From: Elusimicrobiota bacterium
Lineage (GTDB): Bacteria; Elusimicrobiota; Elusimicrobia; UBA1565; JACRDR01
Assembly: GCA_041694815.1 (NCBI GenBank)
Contig: JBGFSC010000031.1
Span: 1 to 24,931, forward strand
Direction: 5' to 3'
DNA length: 24,931 bases
Part shown: positions 1 through 5,388 of the stretch, in pieces
Position numbering within the stretch: the first letter of the stretch is position 1
How the letters are laid out: each line of letters starts with the position of its first letter
The notes under the pieces: model-generated
What the model was told of the DNA's origin: nothing
What the model saw: the letters and a program-made list of their open reading frames with translations, nothing else
Databases searched by the model: none
Program-made: the position numbers and the translations under genes

Positions 1-134
1 AGTTGATGCAGGACTGTGTTATAATGAGGCATAGGCGTCCTCCGTCGGTAGATTGCTTCCTCGCAGAAACATTCTACCAATGACGAAGGGCGCCTACGCT
101 ATTTTAACCGGACAGGAGTGGACCCAAATATCAT

Positions 135-644
135 TTGAAGCCTCCGGCCCCGCGCCAATACGAGGAGCAATGGCGGCTAAAGGCCGGGACCATCGCCCAG
201 AATGCCGCCAAGTGGGCGCTGACGCTCTCCATCCTCGCGATTCTGGCCACCCAGGCCGGCTCCGTCATTCTGGGCTTCTTGATGACCGAGCCCTCCCTCG
301 CCATGTCCACGAAGCCCGAAGACATCAACTTGATGATCAACCTTATCCACTGGCGACGCTCGCTTATGATCGTGACCGCGTTGAGCATGGCGACCGGAAC
401 CTTGATGACGATTCCCGCCGTGACGCCTCATGGGAAAAAATGGGTTCGTGAACTCGGCGCGAGAATCGGAGCTTGGTTCGGTAAATGGATGGACGCCGCC
501 GCGCATCGAAGCTACATCCGCGCCAAGAGAGCGGAATGGAAAAAGACCTTGTCGACCGCCGCCAAGCCCGTCAGCTCCGCTTCGAGCACTAACGATGGCT
601 CCGCGGAGGACGAGCCAAGCGCGGAAGAAAGGTTTAAGTTATGA
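135..644 (+). CDS. RFK-tail small membrane protein family, paralog 1. Shortest module: no signal peptide, starts at the conserved GPKYH / PPxPxQYE block. Possibly a 5'-decayed copy. TTG start in the track
   Basis: Shares with paralogs 2, 4 and 5 the motifs PAPRQYEEQWRLKAG, two hydrophobic helices, GARIGAWFGK, AHRSYIRAKRAEWKKTLS and a C-terminal SAEERFKL. The in-frame upstream peptide DRSGPKYH matches ALGPKYH of paralog 2 but is cut by a TAA at 105-107. The stop overlaps the ATG of paralog 2 (ATGA). Confidence 0.45.
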   Translation: MKPPAPRQYEEQWRLKAGTIAQNAAKWALTLSILAILATQAGSVILGFLMTEPSLAMSTKPEDINLMINLIHWRRSLMIVTALSMATGTLMTIPAVTPHGKKWVRELGARIGAWFGKWMDAAAHRSYIRAKRAEWKKTLSTAAKPVSSASSTNDGSAEDEPSAEERFKL

Positions 645-1402
645 AAGCGGGAACTAAGTTCCTGGTGGCCTTCTTATGCGCCGCCTTCGGTCTGAGTTCG
701 GCTTACAGCGAGACGGGCGCGCTGGAATGGGAGAAGATGAACTCTGGCCTGCTCTTTGAGCGCAGCGCCAGAACGGAATCCGCTGTTTCCGCGGTAGCGG
801 CGCTCGAGCTGCCATCAACGGTTATCCGACTGAACTCCGACGCACTCGGGCCAAAGTACCACATCGCGCCCCCCGAACCAAAACAATATGAAAAGTCCTG
901 GCGCTTTAAGGGAGAAAGCATAGCGGAGAAGGTGACCAAAATCGGGCTTAAAACCAGCATCGTGGGCTTTGTGGCCTCCTTGATCGCCTTTAACGTCTCA
1001 CCCGTTCTAGTGGATGCCCTCCTATACTCTAGGGATTTTTTTCAAATGCAGCTGGCGGTTACGTTAATACAATTACGGCCGATTCTGCTTCTATCAACCT
1101 GCATGGGCCTTCTAGGAGGCCTCTTTTGGGCCCTGTTCACGCTGACCCCTCCGGGCCGCGATTTTGTGAAAAGCGCAGGAGGCCGGCTCGGCGCCTGGCT
1201 TGGAAGGCGCAAGGATATCAATGCGCATAAAACTTACTTCCGGACGAAAAAAGAGGAATGGACTGAAATGCTGTCAGCTGGACGTGCAAGGCAATTGACC
1301 ACGACGGACCAGGAACTTTTACCTACCGCATCCCCGCCCTCGACAGCGAAGCCCAAGGGGAAAGCTTGGGAGTCCGCAGAGGAAAGATTCAAACTCCGAT
1401 GA
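641..1402 (+). CDS. RFK-tail small membrane protein family, paralog 2. Signal peptide, two TM helices, C-terminal ESAEERFKLR
   Basis: ATG start. N-terminal signal peptide MKAGTKFLVAFLCAAFGLSSAYS. Motifs GLLFE, PPEPKQYEKSWRFKGE, two TM segments, GGRLGAWLGRRKD, AHKTYFRTKKEEWTEMLS, acidic tail, ERFKL near the C-terminus. The stop TGA overlaps the ATG of paralog 3. Confidence 0.7.
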   Translation: MKAGTKFLVAFLCAAFGLSSAYSETGALEWEKMNSGLLFERSARTESAVSAVAALELPSTVIRLNSDALGPKYHIAPPEPKQYEKSWRFKGESIAEKVTKIGLKTSIVGFVASLIAFNVSPVLVDALLYSRDFFQMQLAVTLIQLRPILLLSTCMGLLGGLFWALFTLTPPGRDFVKSAGGRLGAWLGRRKDINAHKTYFRTKKEEWTEMLSAGRARQLTTTDQELLPTASPPSTAKPKGKAWESAEERFKLR

Positions 1403-1824
1403 ACGCTGTTTCGCATTCACCGTTCTCGTCCATCTTAATTGCTTCCACATTCTGTCCTGTAAAGCACGTTTCAGCCGAGGCTGCCCTGGAGATGCTCAAG
1501 CATGACTCCGGCATCCTTTTTGAGCAGACCACCGAACGACGGACGGACTCCCCGACCTGGAACACGCCGACGCTTTCGCTGCCTTACGTTGAAGCAGCGG
1601 CTCTGACGAACAACGTTTTCTCGAAACTACAGGGCCCGCGCCAGGACCCATCGGTCGGCTCTGCAATCGGACAGTCCTTAGGCCAAAAAAAGGACCAACG
1701 CGAATACGCTGCTTACCTAGAAGCAAAAAGACAGGAGTGGTCCCACAGCTTAACGAAACCCGCGAATTTAGAATCCCCCGATCCTGAAAGCGAGGATTCC
1801 GCCCAGGACCGGTTTAAACTTTAA
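1399..1824 (+). CDS. RFK-tail family, paralog 3. Soluble variant lacking the PPxPK/TM core but retaining the LFE box, the Y..K..EW helix and C-terminal DSAQDRFKL
   Basis: ATG at 1399 overlaps the upstream stop (ATGA). Hydrophobic N-terminus MNAVSHSPFSSILIASTFCPV. Motifs SGILFEQ, EYAAYLEAKRQEWSHSL and a C-terminal DRFKL. The track ORF begins 33 nt earlier in the same frame. Confidence 0.6.
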   Translation: MNAVSHSPFSSILIASTFCPVKHVSAEAALEMLKHDSGILFEQTTERRTDSPTWNTPTLSLPYVEAAALTNNVFSKLQGPRQDPSVGSAIGQSLGQKKDQREYAAYLEAKRQEWSHSLTKPANLESPDPESEDSAQDRFKL

Positions 1825-1826
1825 CG

Positions 1827-2426
1827 ATGCCCCGGTCCTTTTTCCTTATGTCATTATGCATCTTACCTGTGTTCAGTGAGGATGCGTCGAGTCCCGAAAA
1901 GCATAAGGCGGGATCGGGCGCGCTTTTCGGCGAGACGGTCCCTACGCCTGCGGCATCCGCCATCACTCGTGAGGAACCGAAGGTGCACCCCCTCGCCCTG
2001 GCGGCGGGGGCGGGAAACCCTGCGGGATCGGTTCCGGAACCTCCTCAACCGAAGCAATTCGAACAAGCTTGGGAGCAAAAAGGCATGCGGCGCGGTCAGC
2101 TCATCGGTTCCGCCATCTTCTTTCCGACGATATTCGGCATGCTTATATCGATGGCCGGAGCCTTTGCGACTTCAAGGGTCGAATTCGTCATAGCGATCCA
2201 ATTCCTCGCGCTGGCCTTCCTTTCCGGATTTATCCCTCTTATGATCGCTCCCTTGATCGGAAGGCGCCTGGGAAAGGCGAAGGATACCCGCGAGTACCGG
2301 CGCTATTTGGAGGAACGCCTGGCATCGTGGTCGCGGCCCCCGAAGGCCGAGGACGGCCCCAAAACCGACGGAACGCAAACGGACGGTGACGATGCCGATT
2401 CCGCCCAGGAGCGATTTAAATTTTGA
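1827..2426 (+). CDS. RFK-tail small membrane protein family, paralog 4
   Basis: Signal peptide MPRSFFLMSLCILPVFS. Motifs SPEKHKAGSGALFGE, PPQPKQFEQAWEQKG, two TM helices, GRRLGKAKDTREYRRYLEERLASW, acidic tail and C-terminal DSAQERFKF. Starts 2 nt after the paralog 3 stop. Confidence 0.7.
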   Translation: MPRSFFLMSLCILPVFSEDASSPEKHKAGSGALFGETVPTPAASAITREEPKVHPLALAAGAGNPAGSVPEPPQPKQFEQAWEQKGMRRGQLIGSAIFFPTIFGMLISMAGAFATSRVEFVIAIQFLALAFLSGFIPLMIAPLIGRRLGKAKDTREYRRYLEERLASWSRPPKAEDGPKTDGTQTDGDDADSAQERFKF

Positions 2427-3064
2427 AAATAATCTTACTGCTACTGACGATGACGTTTCGGCTCCCTTGCTTCGCCGATAGGCTCAGCCCGGAGAAGCTT
2501 AAAATGGAATCGGGCGTTCTTTTCGGCGAGAAGATATGGACGCAAGATGCCTCCGTTAAGGTGACGGCCCCACCGGCCGGCATCGCCGCTCTGGCCGCCG
2601 GACCGGATTCCCCTTCGAAAATGATCGCCGCGCCACCGCAACCGAAACGATTTGAGGAGGCCTGGAGCAAGAAAGGCGCGCGTATCGGGGACGGGATCGG
2701 CTCATGGATGGGCCTCGTCATGCTGGGCGTGTCGCTCGGAGTCACGGGGTTTGCTTTTTATATCGGCGGTCCCACGCCAGTCCTTGAAGGGAACCCGGGA
2801 GCGCCTTTCCTCACCTTAGGCTGTACTTTAATGATAAGCAGCCTGTTCTGCCTCGGCCTCGTCTCCGCGCTACTGCGATTTGCCGGAGGCGATCTTGGGA
2901 AATTATCAGGGAAGTGGAGAGACCATCAGGAGCACAAAGCTTATTTAAAAGCAAAACAGGCCGAGTGGATGCAACGCCTGAAGGAAAAACCAGAGGACAA
3001 CCCACAGGAACGCACCATAGAGGCATCGGAGTCGGACACCGCGCAAAATAGGTTTAAGTTCTAA
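2423..3064 (+). CDS. RFK-tail small membrane protein family, paralog 5. TTG start overlapping the upstream TGA
   Basis: The TTG start yields a good signal peptide MKIILLLLTMTFRLPCFA; the internal ATG would lose it. Motifs SPEKLKMESGVLFGE, PPQPKRFEEAWSKKG, two TM helices, EHKAYLKAKQAEWMQRL, acidic tail and C-terminal DTAQNRFKF. Confidence 0.65.
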   Translation: MKIILLLLTMTFRLPCFADRLSPEKLKMESGVLFGEKIWTQDASVKVTAPPAGIAALAAGPDSPSKMIAAPPQPKRFEEAWSKKGARIGDGIGSWMGLVMLGVSLGVTGFAFYIGGPTPVLEGNPGAPFLTLGCTLMISSLFCLGLVSALLRFAGGDLGKLSGKWRDHQEHKAYLKAKQAEWMQRLKEKPEDNPQERTIEASESDTAQNRFKF

Positions 3065-3751
3065 ATGAAAGCCTGGATAATCGCGTTGCTTACCAATGCC
3101 GTTCTCGCCTCCTCTTATCCTCTAGTCGACGCCGATATTACCGCCTTCGATAGAACGATTACGGAAATGGAGCGCCGCTTTAGCGGTAGGCCCAAAAATG
3201 CTCATGACAAAAAATGGGTCAAGGCCAAGTTATCGCATATGTTTAAAGTCGACCAGCATCTTCGAACATTCGCGATGGAAACGCCTTTAAAGAAATCATA
3301 TTCCGGCGAAGAAAAACGGTACTTCTGGGAGAAATTAGGGCCTCGTTGGAAAATGATCGATCATCGAAACACGACGGACTTAAAGGAGCTGCTGGCGGTC
3401 TACGGATGGATTAAGATTAGCGAATTCGGGGAGGAAGCCGACAATGCGGCCTGGCTGCTGGTCCAACACGCCGATGACGATCTCGCTTTTCAAAAAGAGA
3501 CGCTTATAAAGTTAGCGGCGCTCTATCCCGCGGGTGAAACAAAGCCATCCCACTATGCCTATCTCTACGATAGAGTGGCCATTCATGAAAATCGGCCGCA
3601 GCTATACGGCACTCAAGGGCGATGCGTCGCCGGAACTTGGGAGCCTTTCCCGATCGACAGTCCCGGGGAAGTCGATGAACGCCGCAAGGCGATGGGGCTG
3701 GAACCGCTTTTAGAATATAAGCAACGCTTTCAGGGCGCCTGCGATAGCTAG
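3065..3751 (+). CDS. Secreted hypothetical protein, last gene of the paralog operon
   Basis: ATG is immediately after the TAA of paralog 5. Signal peptide MKAWIIALLTNAVLASS. Contains blocks such as AWLLVQHADDDLAFQKE and YAYLYDRVAIHENRPQLYGTQ; I could not assign a family. Its stop overlaps the convergent mazF stop. Confidence 0.7.
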   Translation: MKAWIIALLTNAVLASSYPLVDADITAFDRTITEMERRFSGRPKNAHDKKWVKAKLSHMFKVDQHLRTFAMETPLKKSYSGEEKRYFWEKLGPRWKMIDHRNTTDLKELLAVYGWIKISEFGEEADNAAWLLVQHADDDLAFQKETLIKLAALYPAGETKPSHYAYLYDRVAIHENRPQLYGTQGRCVAGTWEPFPIDSPGEVDERRKAMGLEPLLEYKQRFQGACDS

Positions 3752-4098
3752 ACGCCGCGCGGATTCAACAACACCAGGAGCTTCTCGATGACTTCCCCTA
3801 AGATCGCCTCTGAAACCCTGCAACAAAACCGGGAATCCCTGGCTTGCCAATCCAAGCTCCTGACCTGATCGGCGAGCGCGACGCCGGAAACCCTCAAGCC
3901 CGGAGGCAATGAAACCTCAAAAGGGTAACCCTTCACCTGGCTTGTAATCGGGCAAAAGATCGCAAGTCCGACCTTTCGATTATACCCTTCGGGAGAAAGC
4001 GTCAGAGCCGGCCTATGGCCAGCCTGCTCGTGCCCCGCTTGAGAAGCAAAGGAAAGCCAAACGACATCGCCGCGTTTCGGGCAATACGGCTGCGGCAT
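3748..4098 (-). CDS. mazF: MazF/PemK-family endoribonuclease toxin
   Basis: The 116 aa product aligns along its length with E. coli MazF: GDVVWLSF..GHEQAGHRPALTLSP, GLAIFCPITSQVKGYPFEV, GVALADQVRSLDWQAR. Confidence 0.85.
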   Translation of the reverse strand: MPQPYCPKRGDVVWLSFASQAGHEQAGHRPALTLSPEGYNRKVGLAIFCPITSQVKGYPFEVSLPPGLRVSGVALADQVRSLDWQARDSRFCCRVSEAILGEVIEKLLVLLNPRGV

Positions 4099-4341
4099 TC
4101 ACCAGGTCTCTTGTCCGGCCCTGCGACCCCAATCCTGTTCGTCGTGACGATTCTTCCGGGTGACGCCTTTGAGCATTCTTGAAAGCGAGTACCTTCGTTC
4201 ACCCTTTGGTTTTACGACGATCTTTCCCTCCACGACGGCCACCTCGACCACCGTGCCCTGATGCAGGCGCACATCTTTGGCAAGCGAGCTTGGGATACGG
4301 AGGGCCAGGCTATTTCCCCATCTTTGAACGGTCGCATTCAT
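4099..4341 (-). CDS. mazE: MazE antitoxin (AbrB/SpoVT swapped-hairpin family)
   Basis: 80 aa. VQRWGNSLALRIPSSLAKDV...GKIVVKP...DWG..W mirrors E. coli MazE (VKRWGNSPAVRIP...IDWGEP..VW). Lies directly upstream of mazF on the same strand. Confidence 0.8.
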   Translation of the reverse strand: MNATVQRWGNSLALRIPSSLAKDVRLHQGTVVEVAVVEGKIVVKPKGERRYSLSRMLKGVTRKNRHDEQDWGRRAGQETW

Positions 4342-4369
4342 GGCAGGCTCCCCAGGAGTATCTACAATG

Positions 4370-4397
4370 AGTATACCTCATTATCCGCAGATGTCAA
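4370..4397 (-). promoter_or_regulatory. Putative mazEF promoter: TTGACA-N16-TATACT with GAGTAT direct repeats
   Basis: The minus strand reads cTCTTGACAtctgcggataatgaggTATACTcattgtagatactcctGGGGAGcctgccATG. The -35 is perfect, the -10 near consensus, and a GGGGAG SD lies 7 nt before the mazE ATG. Confidence 0.5.
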
Positions 4398-4427
4398 GAG
4401 CTTGATTCCTTAACGAGCCCCAACTCG

Positions 4428-4853
4428 TCAACCGCCACCCTTAAGCGGCAAAGCCCTAAGTCGAACAAGCTTCCCCAAATGCTCGAATTCCGGATCCTTA
4501 TGCACCAGCGTGGCGCCTAGTCGCTCAGCGGTCGCAGCGACCCAAGCATCGGCTACGGAAAGCTTATGCCCGGCCTTTATTCGCGCGGCCGCAAGCCCTA
4601 ATGGCTCGTCGCTCTCAACGGTCTCAACGGGAAGCTGCTTGAGCTCGAGTATGCCTTGGCGAGCCGCCGTCTCGCCCTGCTCCTGCTCGAGAACATAGGC
4701 GAACTCCATGATCGACATGAAACTAATAAAGACCCGCCCGTTCTTCCCTTCTCGCCTAAGGATCAACTCCACTTCGGCGGCGCCGGGCTCGTTCTCTTTC
4801 AGGCAGAGCAAAGCCGACGTATCCAGAACGAAGGTTTCAACGGCGGGAGGCAT
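4428..4853 (-). CDS. vapC: PIN-domain ribonuclease toxin (VapC-like)
   Basis: 141 aa beginning FVLDTSALL, with acidic PIN residues spaced as in VapC. The start overlaps the upstream small antitoxin gene by 17 nt. Confidence 0.8.
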   Translation of the reverse strand: MPPAVETFVLDTSALLCLKENEPGAAEVELILRREGKNGRVFISFMSIMEFAYVLEQEQGETAARQGILELKQLPVETVESDEPLGLAAARIKAGHKLSVADAWVAATAERLGATLVHKDPEFEHLGKLVRLRALPLKGGG

Positions 4854-5061
4854 CTTCCCTACGGCTAGCCAACAAGGCCTTTGTTAAGCCCTTGGGAGCC
4901 GATCCGCGGAACGCGGAAATAGGGTCTTTGGCTACCGGGAGCACGTAGATCACCTTACCATCCTCCGCCCACTCCAGGCGCTGATGCGCCTTGAGCTTGA
5001 AGCGCTTGCGGATTCGGGCCGGTATCGCCGTCTGTCCCCGCTCGCTGAGTGTAGTCACCAT
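4837..5061 (-). CDS. vapB: AbrB/MazE/SpoVT-type antitoxin (VapB-like)
   Basis: 74 aa. SERGQTAIPARIRKRFKL is a swapped-hairpin DNA-binding N-terminus. Directly precedes and overlaps vapC. Confidence 0.7.
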   Translation of the reverse strand: MVTTLSERGQTAIPARIRKRFKLKAHQRLEWAEDGKVIYVLPVAKDPISAFRGSAPKGLTKALLASRREDASRR

Positions 5062-5067
5062 AAGCCT

Positions 5068-5096
5068 AGTATAACAGTCGTCCGGAACCGCGTCAA
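5068..5096 (-). promoter_or_regulatory. Putative vapBC promoter TTGACG-N17-TATACT; transcript predicted leaderless
   Basis: The minus strand reads ctacTTGACGcggttccggacgactgtTATACTaggcttATG. Only 6 nt separate the -10 from the vapB ATG. Confidence 0.5.
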
Positions 5097-5153
5097 GTAG
5101 TTTTCAATAAATTACATGTAAATAATAAATATTGGCATGCGGGCACAGTGATT

Positions 5154-5205
5154 GCGTTTCTGCGGATTTTACTTCCAACGTTGGAAGTAAAATTAACAGA
5201 AACGC
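5154..5205. repeat. Nested AT-rich palindrome: 26-bp perfect palindrome TTTTACTTCCAACGTTGGAAGTAAAA (5167..5192) flanked by GCGTTTCTG / CAGAAACGC arms
   Basis: Read directly from the sequence. It sits in the AT-rich gap between the small ORF downstream of valS and the vapBC promoter, at the GC-content transition. Confidence 0.6.
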
Positions 5206-5207
5206 AT

Positions 5208-5378
5208 CTAGGCGCAGCGCCCGCAGCCCTGCGGCGGGCAGGAGGGACCCGGCTCAAAATCCTTAGCGCCTCCGCCTTTCTTTAATCCTGGAACCTTGTC
5301 CGAGACCTTGACCACCTTGCCGAGCTTCTTGTCGAAAACATAGGTTCCCGTCGCCTCGTCCTTCGTATTGGTCGCCAT
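5208..5378 (-). CDS. Small hypothetical protein (56 aa) with C-terminal C-x4-C-x2-C motif, coupled to the valS stop
   Basis: Not in the ORF track (under 60 aa). The minus strand reads TGA(valS stop)cGAGGTGGatATG, an SD 5 nt upstream and a 10-nt gap from valS. Translation: MATNTKDEATGTYVFDKKLGKVVKVSDKVPGLKKGGGAKDFEPGPSCPPQGCGRCA. Lys-rich host-like codon usage (AAG, GAC, GTC, CTC), unlike the R/P/G-rich frame artefacts. Confidence 0.45.
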   Translation of the reverse strand: MATNTKDEATGTYVFDKKLGKVVKVSDKVPGLKKGGGAKDFEPGPSCPPQGCGRCA

Positions 5379-5388
5379 ATCCACCTCG

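Noticed and set aside
17-25. TGTTATAAT extended -10-like element at the very start of the window as the promoter of the paralog operon
   Set aside because: It is plausible, but there is no -35. The ATG at 24..26 inside it opens only a 19-codon ORF. Upstream context is missing, so it is not called.
5219-5236. GC hairpin (GCCCGCAG..CTGCGGCG) as the valS intrinsic terminator
   Set aside because: It is imperfect, has no U-tract, and lies inside the codons for the Cys motif of the small ORF. It is kept only as an alternative explanation under that finding.
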